The notes below the pieces were generated by a model. The model saw only the letters and a list, made by a program, of their open reading frames with translations. It was not told the origin of the DNA and ran no database searches. Source: Cetorhinus maximus (taxonomy: Eukaryota). From it: 64,000 bases of DNA. The stretch spans positions 11,408,001 to 11,472,000 of the forward strand of contig NC_135901.1 in NCBI RefSeq assembly GCF_964194155.1. The letters are read 5' to 3'. The position numbers and the translations under genes were made by a program. Shown one piece after another: positions 24,335-35,774 of the stretch. Each line of letters starts with the position of its first letter. Within the stretch, counting starts at the first letter, position 1.

Positions 24335-25546
24335 ATGGAAAGAAAAAACACTGTTCAAAGTGTAGAGAAACCGTGGAAATGTGGGGACTGAGGAGAGATT
24401 CCGTTACCCATGTGAGCTGGAAACTCATCGGCGTAGTCATACTGGGGAGCGACCGTTCGCCTGCTCCGTGTGTGGGAAGGGATTCTCTCGATCATCCCAG
24501 CTGATTACACACCAACGAGTTCACACCGGGGAGAAACCATTCACCTGCTCCGAGTGTGAGAAGGGATTCACTCAGTCATCCAACCTGCTCAGACACTGAT
24601 GAGTTCACACTGGGGAGAGACCTTTTAAGTGCCCAGATTGTGGGAAGTGCTATAAAAGTTCATGGGAACTGCTGCTCCATCAACGTGTTCACACTGACGA
24701 GAGACCGTTCAGGTGCTCTCACTGTGGGACTGGGTTCAAGCGATCATCTCAACTCACGGTACACCAGCGAATTCACACTGGGGAGATGCCGTTCACCTGC
24801 CCCATGTGTAGGAAGGGATTCTCTCGATCATCCCAGCTGATTGCACACCAACGAGTTCACAATGGGGTGAAAACATTCACCTGCTCCGAGTGTGGGAAGG
24901 GATTCACTCAGTCATCCCACCTGCTGAGACACCAGCGAATTCACACTGCTGAGAGACCTTTTAAATGTTCAGACTGCGGGAAGTGCTATAGAAGTTCTGG
25001 GGAACTGATGTCCCCTCAACGTGTTCACACTGAGGAGAGACCATTCAGGTGGTCTCACTGTGGAACTGGGTTCAAGGCATCATTTCAACTCACTGCACAC
25101 CAACGAGTTCACACTGGGGAGAAACTGTTCACCTGCTCTGAGTGTGGGAAGGGATTTACTTGGTTATCCAACCTGCTGAGACACCAGCGAGTTCACACTG
25201 GGGAGAAACCTTTCAAATGCTCAGACTGTGGGAAGTGATATAAAAGCTCCGGGGGACTGATATCCCATAAACGTTTTCACATTGATGAAATCCAGTTCAG
25301 GTGCTCTCACTGTGGCACGGGGTTCAAGCGATCATCTCAACTCACTGTACACCAGCGAGTTCACACCAGGAGAGGCCATTCACCTGCTACTTGTGTGGGT
25401 AGGGATTCGCTCAGTTATCCCACATGTTGAGGTCCGAGAGAGTTCACACTGGGGCGAGGCCGTTCACCTGCTCTGAGTGTGGGAAGAAATTCACTCAGTC
25501 ATTCACTCTGCTGAGTCACCAGCGAGTTTACAAGTCACAACAGTGA
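24335..25546 (+). pseudogene. C2H2 ZNF pseudogene (ZNF-B), ~13-14 fingers
   Basis: Acceptor at 24244/5, ATG 24335 (MERKNTVQ); frameshift ~24388, stops at 24597 and 25236, further frameshift ~25370. Confidence 0.88.
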
Positions 25547-26249
25547 TTGTATTTTTCTGCCAATCACATCCAGGACTGAACCATGTTCATTGGGGTCTGT
25601 TTCTGCTGATGTTAATAAACTCCAGCCCAGTTGTAGGTGCTAATATTCTGGATATAATTAAAATAAATCAGCTTTGTGTTAAATGCACAGTGTGCCGAGT
25701 CTTTTTAATATCTATAACACAAGATAATTCCTTTGAAGTGCTCTCCCTCACCTGTTTCCATACTCACTGAGGCTCCTTAGACAGCACCTTCCAAACCCAC
25801 GACCACTACCATCTAGAAGGACAAGGGCAGCAGACACCATTGACCAATCCATCCTCCGCCAATGCCCCTCCACTGGTGTCCAGCTGGGTGAGACTGCATG
25901 CTCCTGATTCCTTTCTTACCAGCTTATAGCCAGAGAATCACCTGCAGTAGTTGTGATCATTTGAGTTACATTGTTACAAACTCACTCACTCGATAGGTGA
26001 TCAGGTATCATTGCCCTTTGATATACAAATGTTCCATTATCACGTTCATAGTGACTGTAATTTACAGACCAAGCCTTCTTACCACACCAGCCCTCCTGGA
26101 TAGATCAACAGAGAAATGCGAGGACATTATAGTCCACCAGCCAAGATCATAGTGGTAAAAACATTTGATAATTCCCATTAAAATATAAAGCACAGCAGAA
26201 CAACTGTGCATTGGCCTGTTACAAACTTATTGAAACAGATTCATTGCCA

Positions 26250-27090
26250 CCTCCTCCCTTTCCACGTTCCAGGTCCCCAAACACACTTTCTCAGTGACAC
26301 ATTGTTCTATTTGTACTTCTTTCAATTTACAATGTGGTCTCCTCTACGCTGTGGATATTAAATCCAGATTGGGTGACTGCTTCATGTAAAATCACCATTC
26401 TCTTTGCAAGTGTGATCCTGAGCTTCTTCTCATTTACTATTTTAATTCTCAGCCTCACTTCAAGTCTGGCCTCTTAGCCCTCGGCCTCCTGTACTGCCGC
26501 ATGAAGTCCAACAGAAGCTCAAGGAACAGCAGCTCGTCTCGTCAGACTCATCGGTAATTTTAATAATTTCATATCATAATCATCACTCCCATTTTTAGGA
26601 CAGTAGATGCTGGTAATGATTCTGCTGTTACCATTTATCCCTCCTCTGAACCTGTCTTATATGTTTACTTGTCCCATTAGTTTCTTTAATTGTCTCATTG
26701 TCACCCAATGTTGCCTTGCACCATTGTCCCTTTTATCATTTACTCTCACCAGCCTTCCATTCTGTCACAAGACCGTTTGTTGTTTCCTTCTGTCTGTCCA
26801 TTTTCTCTGACTCTGGACTTGTTTATAAACTGTTAAATCTGGGAAATTTTTCCAATTTGGATAAAAGTTCAACGACCTGAAACATTCACTGTGAATGATG
26901 CTGTTTGACCTGCTGAGTGTTTCCAACATTTTCTGTTTTGAGGTCGGATTTGCAGCATCTGCAGTATCTTGTTTTTGGGGTCAGAGTGGATCAGTTTTCT
27001 CTCACTTATTGTTACCTGTTTAAAGGTGAAGAAGGAGCTTTTAAAGAATGAGACAACAGTAACTGTCACCCTGTTGAACATGAAACTAAA
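26250..27090 (+). repeat. Old PLE remnant plus flank, duplicated at 57365-58150
   Basis: Decayed GIY-YIG/pLTR sequence and shared flank aagaaggagc..ttaaagaatgagacaacagt in both places. Confidence 0.7.
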
Positions 27091-27131
27091 CTCACTGCTA
27101 ATTCCTCATCAGTAGCAATTTTAAACACAAA

Positions 27132-27201
27132 GTTTCCAGCCGGGATTGAACCGGGGACTTTCTCATGTAAAGTAAACATGATAATTACTGCACTGGGGAA
27201 A
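27132..27201 (-). pseudogene. tRNA-Val(TAC)-like pseudogene
   Basis: TTTCCCCAGTGCAGTAATTATCATGTTTACTT-TAC-ATGAGAAAGTCCCCGGTTCAATCCCGGCTGGAAAC; A box degenerate. Confidence 0.6.
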
Positions 27202-27329
27202 TGAGTGCGAATTCCACCCCCCGGACAGAGGGGAACTGACCATCCATCTCTAGCTCTAATTCCCAAACAGAAAATGCTGCCAAGAATCAGCAAGTCAGGC
27301 TGAGTCTGTGGCTGCTCTCAGCGTCTGCA

Positions 27330-27660
27330 ATCGTCACAATGCCCGGGTGATTGACGGCAGCTCCGGACCAATAGGAAGAGGGGGCACGACTGGAGGACCG
27401 AGCGGATGCGGCTGGTCCTCCAACCAATCGGAGTGAATGAAGGGGCGGGGCCTGGCAATGACTGGAGCATGCGCAGTGCAGGTAATGGCGATGGGGTGAC
27501 GGGTCCACAATGGGTAAAGGGGGGGATGGCGGGGCGGAGGGAGCGATGGATCCGGCGGGTGGACGGAGAGGCTCCGGAAACATGTTGTGTAAACCGCAAA
27601 CCCCGGAAATAAACTGACCGGTCCCCCTCCCCCGTTTACACCGAGCGGGGCCGCAGCTCC
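27330..27660 (+). promoter_or_regulatory. CpG-island promoter/first exon of ZNF-C
   Basis: Two CCAAT boxes, GGGGCGG GC boxes, gcatgcgcagtg (NRF1-like); 27540-27600 homologous to 23030-23090. Confidence 0.65.
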
Positions 27661-28019
27661 CAGATCAATGAAGAGCCGGTTTGTATCAGGCTGGGCATTG
27701 GTTCCAGAGGCTGGTCCCTGGTCTCCAGAGTCGGTTTTTCGTCATTGAATGGTTACAATGCAGACGGAGGCCATTCAGCCCGTCCTGTCTGTGCTGGCTC
27801 TCTGCAAGCGCAAATCAGCTAGTCCCACTCCTCTGCCCTTTCACTAACAAGACCAGCAGCAGATATTACTCATCCCCAGTTACCTGTGGAGAAGATGATG
27901 TTTGACCTTTCTGAACCACTGCAGTCCGTGTGGTGAAGGTGCTCCCACAATGATGTGAGGTAAGGAGTTACAGGTTATTCACCCAACAATGATGAAGGAA
28001 CGGTGATATATGTCCAAAT

Positions 28020-29400
28020 CAACAACAACAATGTGTATTTATATCATGTCTTTCATGTAATAGACCTTTCCAGGGTATTTCACAGGAATGTTATAGAGCA
28101 ACACTAGACACAGTCATGTAAGGAGATATGAGAGCAGATGGCCAAAGGTTTGGTCAAAGAGGTAGGTTTTAAGGATAATCTTAAAGGTAGAAAGAACAAT
28201 AGAGAGGGGCAGAGGTTTATGGAGGAAATTCAACAGTTTATGGCCTTGGCAGCTCAGGGCGTGGACACCAAGGATGGAGGAATTAAAATTGGGAATGCTC
28301 AGGAAGACGGAATGAGAGGAGTGCAGAGAGCTTGGAGGGTTATGAGGCTGGAGGAGATTACAGAGATAGTGGGGGTGAGACCATGGAGAGATTTAAAAAC
28401 AAGGATGAGAAATTTAAAATTTTGGTGGTGCTTACCTGGAGCCTTTGTTGGTCAGTGAGCACAGGGGTGATGGGTAAACAAGATTCAGTGTGAGTCAGCA
28501 CACGGGCAGCAGAGTTTTGGATCACCTCAAGATTAGAGGGAAGTTGAATGTGGGAGGCTGGCCGGGAGTGCATTAGGAGAGAATATAAGAAATAGGAGTG
28601 GAATAGGCCATTCAGCCCTTAAAGCCTGCTCCGTCATTCAATGAGATCTTCTATTTCAACAACATTTTCCTGCACTATCCCCATGTACTTTGATGTTTTT
28701 AATATGAGAAATCCAGCAAACATACAAATTAGGAGCAGAAGTAGGCCACTCGGCCCCTTGAGCCTGCTCTGCTATTCAATATGATCATGGCTGATCATCA
28801 GCACCACATTCCTGCATACTCCCAATTACTTTCCACCCTCTTGCTTATCAAGAATCTATCTACCTCTGCCTTAAAGATATTCAAAGACTCTGCTGCCACT
28901 ACTTTTTGAATCAATCTCAAAAATATCGATTTCAGTCTTGAATTTGTTCAATGACTGAGCCTCCGCAGCTCTCTGAGGCAGAGAATTCCAAAGGTTTGCC
29001 ACCCTCTGAGAGAAGAACCTCCTCCTCATCTCAGTCCCAAATGGCCGGCCCCCTATTCTGAGACTGTGGCCCTTAGTTCTAGAACCTCCAGCCAGAGTTA
29101 AGTCCAGAGATAACAAAGGAATGGATGACAGTTTCAGCAGCAGATGAGCTGAGCCTTGGGTGGATTCGGGCAATGAGGTCTTGGTGATGATGTGGATATG
29201 TGTTTGGAAGTTCATCTTGGGGTGAAATATTTCACCATGGTTGTGAACAGTCTGGTTCAGCGTTAGATAGTTGTTGGGGAGAGGGATGGAGTTGGTGGCC
29301 AGGGAATGGAGTTTGTATTAGGGACTGATGACAATGGCTTTCATCTTTCCAATATTTAAGTGAAGGAAATTTCTGCTCATCCAGTACTGGATGTCAGACG
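28020..29400 (-). mobile_element. L2 fragment with nested CR1 3' ends (28585-29095)
   Basis: EVIQNSAARVLTHT (L2) interrupted by EMRRRFFSQRVANLWNSLPQ (CR1). Confidence 0.75.
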
Positions 29401-30030
29401 TCAGAATATGTATGGCTTGGAGGGGAACCTGGAGGTGATGGTGTTCACATACACCTGCTACCCTGGTCCTTCAAGGTTGAGGACTTGGGAGATTTTGTCA
29501 AATTGTGGTTCAAGTTGTAGGTCTATAAAATGCCTTCCCATTGCCTCCTGTCTCTCGCACATCCCTCTCTCTCTCTCCCACTTGTCTCATGCCCTCTCTC
29601 TGTCTCTCCCACTTCTCTCTCTTTTTCTCTCTCTCCATCTCTCTTGTCAAAATAGAATTCTCTACCCCAGAGGGTTGTGGATGCTCCATCATTGAATATA
29701 TTTAACGCTGAGATGCGGAGATTTTTGGTCTCTCAGGGAGTCGAGAGATATGGGGTGCAGGCAGGAAAGTGGAGCGAATACCAAGATCAGCCACGATCAT
29801 GTTGAATCGTGGAGCAGGCTCAACAGGCCATATTTCTTGTGTTCTTATAGAAGCCAGAGTCTTGTGTAGCCCAGATTGGGTGTCAGGTTCCCTTCCCTGA
29901 AGGACATTAGTGAACCAGTTGGGTTTTTTTGACAATCCAGCAGTTTTCATGGTCACTTTTTCCTAGTGTCAGCCCCACAAAATGCCAGGAAAAACTCAGC
30001 ATGTCTGACAGCATCTGCGGAGAGGAACAC

Positions 30031-30069
30031 AGTTAACGTTTCAAGTCCGAATAACTCTTCATCAGAACT
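30031..30069 (-). ncRNA. Minimal type I hammerhead ribozyme
   Basis: AGUU-CUGAUGA-A-GAGUU(AUUCG)GACUU-GAAACGUU-AACU: core intact, stem II with G-U pairs, palindromic stem III, 4-bp stem I. Confidence 0.75.
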
Positions 30070-33000
30070 AAGGAACAATAGAAAAGAGGTGAAATATAAG
30101 CTGGTTTAAGGCGGGGGGGGGGTGGGACAGGTAGAGCTGGATAGAGGGCCATTGATAGGTGGAGATTGCCAAAAGATGTCATAGACAAAAGGACAAAGAG
30201 GTGTTGACGGTGGTGATGTTAGTTAAGAAATGTGCTAATGGTGACATTAAGGGTAGAAAGCAGGACGAGCAAGGTACAGATGGCCCTAGTGGGGGTGGGG
30301 TGGGGTGGGGGAAAGGATCGAAATAGGCTAAAAGGTAGAGATAAAACAATGGATGGAAATACGTTTAAAAATAATGGAAATAGGTGGGAAAAGAAAAATA
30401 TATATAAATTATTGGAAAAAGGGGGATTGGAAAGGGGGTGGGGATGGAGGAGAGAGTTCATGATCTAAAGTTGTTGAACTCAATATTCAGTCCGGAAGGC
30501 TGTAAAGTGCCTAGTCGGAAGATGAGGCGCTGTTCCTCCAGTTTGTGTTGAGCTTCACTGGAACATTACAGCAGGCCAAGGACGGACATGTGGGCTTGAC
30601 AGCAATGTGGTGTGTTGAAATGGCAAGCGACAGGGAGGTCTGGGTCATGCTTGCGGACAGACCGAAGGTGTTCCGCAAAGCGGTCACCCAGTCTGCATTT
30701 GGTCTCTCCAATGTAGAGGAAACCGCATTGGGAGCAGCGAATGCAGTAGACTAAATGGAGGGAAGTGCAAGTGAAATGCTGCTTCACTTGAAAGGAGTGT
30801 TTAGGCCCTTGGACGGTGAGGAGGAGTGAAGTAAAGGGGCAGGTGTTGCACCTTCTGCGGTTGCATGGGAAGGTACCTTGGGAGGGGGTTGAGGTGTAGT
30901 GGGTGATGGAGGAGTGGACCAGGGTGTCCCGGGGGGACCGATCCCTGCGGAATGCTGCCGGGGGGGTGAAGGGAAGATGTGTTTGGTGGTGGCATCATGC
31001 TGGAGTTGGCGGAAATGGCGGAGGATGATCCTTTGAATGTGGAGGCTGTTGGGGTGATAAGTGAGGAGAAGAGGGACCCTATCATGGTTCTGGGAGGGAG
31101 AGGAAGGTGTGAGGGCGGATGCGCAGGAGATGGGCCGGACACGGTTGAGGACCCTGTCAACCACCGTGGGTGGAAAACCTCGGTTAAGGAAGAAGGAGGA
31201 CATGTCAGAGGAGCTGTTTTTGAAAGTGGCATCATCAGAACAGGTGCAATGGAGGTGAAGGAACTGAGAGAATGGGATGGAGTCCTTAAAGGAAGTGGGG
31301 TGTGAGGAGCTGTCATCAAGGTAGCTGTGGGAGTCGGTAGGCTTGTAATGAATATTAGTGGACAGTCTATCACCAGAAATTGAGACAGAGAAGTCAAGGA
31401 AGGGAAGGGGAATGTCAGAGATGAACCATGTGAAAATGATGGAGGGGTGAAAATTGGAAGCAAAATTAATAAATTTTTCCAGGTCCAGACGAGAGCATGA
31501 AGCAACACTGAAGCAGTCATCGTTGTACCAGAGAAAGAGTTGTGGGAGGGGGCAGGAGTAGGACTGGAACAAGGAATGTTCCACATACCCCATAAAGAGA
31601 CAGGCATAACTGGGGCCCATGCGGGTACCCATAGCCACACCTTTTATTTAGAGGAAATGAGAGGAGTTTAAGGAGAAATTGTTCAGTGAGAGAACAAGTT
31701 CAGCCAGACGGAGGAGAGTAGTGGTGGATGGGGATTGTTCGGGCCTCTGTTCGAGGAAGAAGCAAAGCTCCGACCATCCTGGTGGGGGATGGAGGTGTAG
31801 AGGGATTGGATGTCCATGGTGAAGAGGAGGCAGTTGGGGCCAGGGAACTGGAAATGGTTGATATGATGTAGGGTGTCAGAGGAATTGCATAGGTGGGAAG
31901 AGACTGGACAGGGGGAGAGAGAATGGGGTCAAGATAGCAAGAAATGAGTTCAGTGGGCTAGGAACAGGCTGACACGATTGGTCTGCCGGGACAGTCCTGT
32001 TTGTGGATTTTGGGTAGGAGGTAGAAGCGGTCCATCCAAGGTTGGGAGACTATGAGGTTGTAAGCTGTGGAAGGAAGATCTCCAGAGGAGATGAGGTCAT
32101 TGACGGTCCTAGAAACAATGGCTTGATGTTCAATGGTGGGGTCATGGTCCAGGGGGAGGAAGGAGGACGTGTCTACGAGTTGATGCTCAGCCTCTGCGAG
32201 GTAGAGCTCAGTGCGCCAGGCAACAACAGCACTACCCTGATGACAATGTCAGGGTTGGACCTGAGAGAACGGAGTGCAGCAAGTTCAGAGAGAGACAGGT
32301 TAGAGTGGGTGAGAGGAGCAGAGAAATTGAGACGACTGATGTCACGCCAACAGTTCTCAATGAAAAGATCAAGAGAAGGTAAGAATCCAGAGGGAGGGGT
32401 CCAGGTGGAGGGAGAATATTGGAGGCGGGTAAAAGGATCTGTTGAATGTGGAGAGGACTCCTGGCCAAAGAAGTGAGCACGGAGACGAAGGCGGCGGAAG
32501 AAGAGTTCAGCATCGTGCCGAGCCCGAAATTCATTGAGATGAGGGCGTAAGGGTATGAACCTAGGCCTTTGCTGAGCACTGAACGTTCAGCATCAGAGAG
32601 GGGAAGGTCAGGGGGTATGGTGAATACACGGCCGGGGCTGGGATTGGAAGACAGGATGGGGACAGAGGGACGGGCAGGGGTGGAGGGTCCTGGATGGGCG
32701 TTGGTGTCGTTGAGTTGTTGGAGCTTGCATTCCTTTGCACCTGAAAGAAAGAGACAAAGTTTCTTGTTGAGGCGTCGGATGAAACGAAGAATAAAATGAA
32801 ACTGGGGGCAAGGGCAGCTTAGAAATAGGGTGCGTCGGTGCTGCTGGAGGGGGAGGTCGAGTGTGTACATATGGCGGTGCATGGCACTGAGTGTGGATCT
32901 CGGAATGCGACAAGAACAGCAGTCCAAGGAGCGTTGTATGTCCCAGAGATACCTGCAATCCTGGGTGGGATCGAAACATGAGGGATGGAATTTCAGTTGA

Positions 33001-33321
33001 AATCCACGTGGGGTAAGTCGGAGATGGAGACAGTCACTGAGGAAGGAAATATGGCTGTGAAAGCGAGTTTTAGTAAACACCTTGTCAAACACCGGGAGAG
33101 AAATGGAAAGCAATGAAGGTGAACAAGGCAAAAGAGAGAAGCGGAAATCCTATCGGAGAGAAGAGCAATACTTCTTCAAGGTAGGCATTCCTTGAAGAGA
33201 AGAGGCAGTCAAATAAACACTAAGATTATAGCAAAAAACTACGGATGCTGGAAATCCAGAACAAAAACAAAAATACCTGGAAAAACTCAGCAGGTCTGAC
33301 AGCATCTGTGGACAGGAACAC

Positions 33322-33360
33322 AGTTAACGTTTCGAGTCCAAACGACTCTTCATCAGAATT
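33322..33360 (-). ncRNA. Minimal type I hammerhead ribozyme
   Basis: AAUU-CUGAUGA-A-GAGUC(GUUUG)GACUC-GAAACGUU-AACU: core intact, perfect 5-bp stem II, one mismatch in stem I. Confidence 0.78.
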
Positions 33361-34022
33361 AAGGAAAAATACAAAAGAGGTGAAATATAAGTTGGTTTAA
33401 GGGGGGTGGGACTGGTAGAGCTGGATAGAGGGCCATTGATAGGTGGAGATTGCCAAAAGATGTCAAAGACAAAAGGACAAAGAGGTGTTGACGGTGGTGA
33501 TATTAGCTAAGAAATGTGCTAATGGTGACATTAAGGGTAGAAAGCAGGACGAGCAAGGTACAGATAGCCCTAGTGGGGGTGGGGTGGGAGGAAGGGATAC
33601 AGCCTTCGGGACTCAATATTGAGTTCAACAACTTTAGATCATGAACTCTCTCCTCCATCCCCAACCCCTTTCCAATCCCCCTTTTTCCAATAATTTATAT
33701 ATATTTTTCTTTTCCCACCTATTTCCATTATTTTTAAATGTATTTCCATCCATTGTTTTATCTATACCTTTTAACCTATTTCGATCCTTTCCCCCCACCC
33801 CACCCCCACTAGGGCCATCTGTACCTTGCTTGTCCTGCTTTCTACCCTTAACGTCACCATTAGCACATTTCTTAGCTAACATCACCACCGTCAATACCTC
33901 TTTATCCTTTTGTTTATGACATCTTTTGGCAATCTCCACCTATCGCTGGCCCTCCATCCAGCTCTACCTGTCCCACCCCACCTTAAACCAGCTTATATTT
34001 CACCTCTTTTCTATTTTTCCTT

Positions 34023-34061
34023 AGTTCTGATGAAGAGTCATTCGGACTCAAAAGGTTAACT
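34023..34061 (+). ncRNA. Hammerhead motif, core mutated
   Basis: AGUU-CUGAUGA-A-GAGUC(AUUCG)GACUC-AAAAGGUU-AACU: G12>A at 34050 and palindrome broken at 34054. Confidence 0.65.
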
Positions 34062-34368
34062 GTGTTCCTCTCCGCAGATGCTGTCAGACCTGCTGAGTTT
34101 TTCCAGGTATTTTTGTTTTTGTTTTGGATTTCCAGCATCCACAGTTTTTTGCTTGTACCACAAAATAACAGATTCATTCAGCTCAATTTCACAAACTGCC
34201 TTTGTGTTTTTGTGGGTTCTCTCTCACTCCCTTTTCTCTGTTTTAAATCAATTTCACAGGGTATTAGAAGGGGAGGATTTACAGTCGGAAAACTGAAACA
34301 TAACATTAAATCAGGATCTGATGGAGTTGTCCGATTTATTGTAACCTGAATATCATCAGATTTTGAAC

Positions 34369-35574
34369 ATGGAAGGAAAAAGCACCGTTCACAGAGGGGA
34401 GAAACTATGGAAATGTGGAGACTGTGAGGAGGGATTCAAATCCTCATCTGAATTGGAAACTCATCGGCCCAGTCACACTGGGGAGAAGCTATTCATCTGC
34501 TCCGAGTGTGGGAAGGGATTCATTCGGTCATCCAACCTGCTGCAACACCAGCGAGTTCACAGAGGAGAGAGGGCATTTACCTGCTCCAAATGTGGGAAAG
34601 GATTCACTCAGTCATCAACCCTGCTGGCACACCAACGAGTTCACACTGGGGAGAGACCATTCACTTGCTGTGTGTGTTGGAAGGGATTCACCACCTCATC
34701 CACGCTAATGACACACCAGCGTTTTCACACTGGGGAGAGGCCGTTCACTTGCTCAGAGTGTGGGAAGGGATTCGCTCAGTCATCTGACTTGCTGGCACAC
34801 CAGCGAGTTCACACTGATGAGAGACCTTTTAAATGCCTAGACTGTGGGAAGTGCTATAAAAGTTCCCGGGACCTGATGCTCCATCAACGTGTTCACACTG
34901 ATGACAGACCATTCAGGTGCTCTCACTGTGGCACTGGGTTCAAGCAATCATCTCAACTCACTGAACATCAGCGAGTTCACACTAGGGAGAGGCCGTTCAT
35001 CTGCTCTGTGTGTGGGAGTGGATTCACTCGGTCATCTAACCTGCTGACACACCAGCGAATTCACACTGGGGAGAGACCTTTCACCTGCTCTGAGTGTGGG
35101 AAGGGTTTCACTCAGTTGTCCACCCTGCTGAATCACCAGCAAGTTCACACCGACAAGAGACCTTTTAAATGCCCAGACTGCAGTAAATGCTATAAAAGTT
35201 CCAGGGAACTGATGTCCCATCAACGTATTCACACTGATGAGAGACCATTTAAATGTCCAGACTGCGGTAACTGCTTTAAAAGTTCCGGGGTTCTGATGCG
35301 CCATCAACGTGTTCACACTGACGAGAGACCGTTCAAGTGCTCTCACTGTGGGACTGGGTTCAAGACATCATCTGACCTCGGTGTACACCATCGTATTCAC
35401 AGCAGGGAGCGGCCATTCACCTGTCCGGACTGTGGGAAGGGATTCACTCAGTCATCCACCTTGCTGACACATCAGCGAGTTCACACTGGGGAGAGGCCAT
35501 TTACCTGCCCGAAGTGTGGGAAGAGATTTACACAGTCATCCAACCTGATGAGACACCAGCGAATTCACAGGTAA
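34369..35574 (+). CDS. C2H2 zinc-finger protein (ZNF-C), 14 fingers, 401 aa
   Basis: Open ORF from ATG 34369; CxxC..HxxxH repeats with TGERP-type linkers; acceptor at 34259/60; AATAAA ~35699. Confidence 0.93.
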   Translation: MEGKSTVHRGEKLWKCGDCEEGFKSSSELETHRPSHTGEKLFICSECGKGFIRSSNLLQHQRVHRGERAFTCSKCGKGFTQSSTLLAHQRVHTGERPFTCCVCWKGFTTSSTLMTHQRFHTGERPFTCSECGKGFAQSSDLLAHQRVHTDERPFKCLDCGKCYKSSRDLMLHQRVHTDDRPFRCSHCGTGFKQSSQLTEHQRVHTRERPFICSVCGSGFTRSSNLLTHQRIHTGERPFTCSECGKGFTQLSTLLNHQQVHTDKRPFKCPDCSKCYKSSRELMSHQRIHTDERPFKCPDCGNCFKSSGVLMRHQRVHTDERPFKCSHCGTGFKTSSDLGVHHRIHSRERPFTCPDCGKGFTQSSTLLTHQRVHTGERPFTCPKCGKRFTQSSNLMRHQRIHR

Positions 35575-35774
35575 ATAGAGTGATTGGATTTTGTCATTAA
35601 TCATATCCAGGACAGAACCATGTTCATTGGGGTCTGTTTCTGCTGATGTTAATTAACCCCAGGCCAGTTAAAAGGGCTAACATTCTGAATAGAAGTCAAA
35701 TAAATCAGCTTTGTGTTAAATACAGTGTTTAATCCTTTTAATATCTCTAACACAAGTCAATTCCTTTTGAAGTG

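Larger units (their letters stand above)
29984..34157 (-). mobile_element. Near full-length Neptune-clade Penelope-like element with tandem and inverted pLTRs, in ZNF-C intron; ORF frameshifted
   Basis: N-term HISFLSDCLHLRLTPRGF, RT AMGTRMGPSYA/WYNDD, Cys linker CNRRRCNTC, GIY-YIG VYCIRC..YIGET; TSD ccacaaaat at 29975-29983 and 34158-34166. Confidence 0.92.

Noticed and set aside
24597-25238. In-frame TGA codons in ZNF-B as selenocysteine/readthrough
   Set aside because: Accompanied by frameshifts and no SECIS seen; ordinary pseudogene decay.
25840-26160. Possible retroviral env TM remnant on minus strand
   Set aside because: Only vague similarity (NVTQMITT..LD..GG); not supportable without a search.
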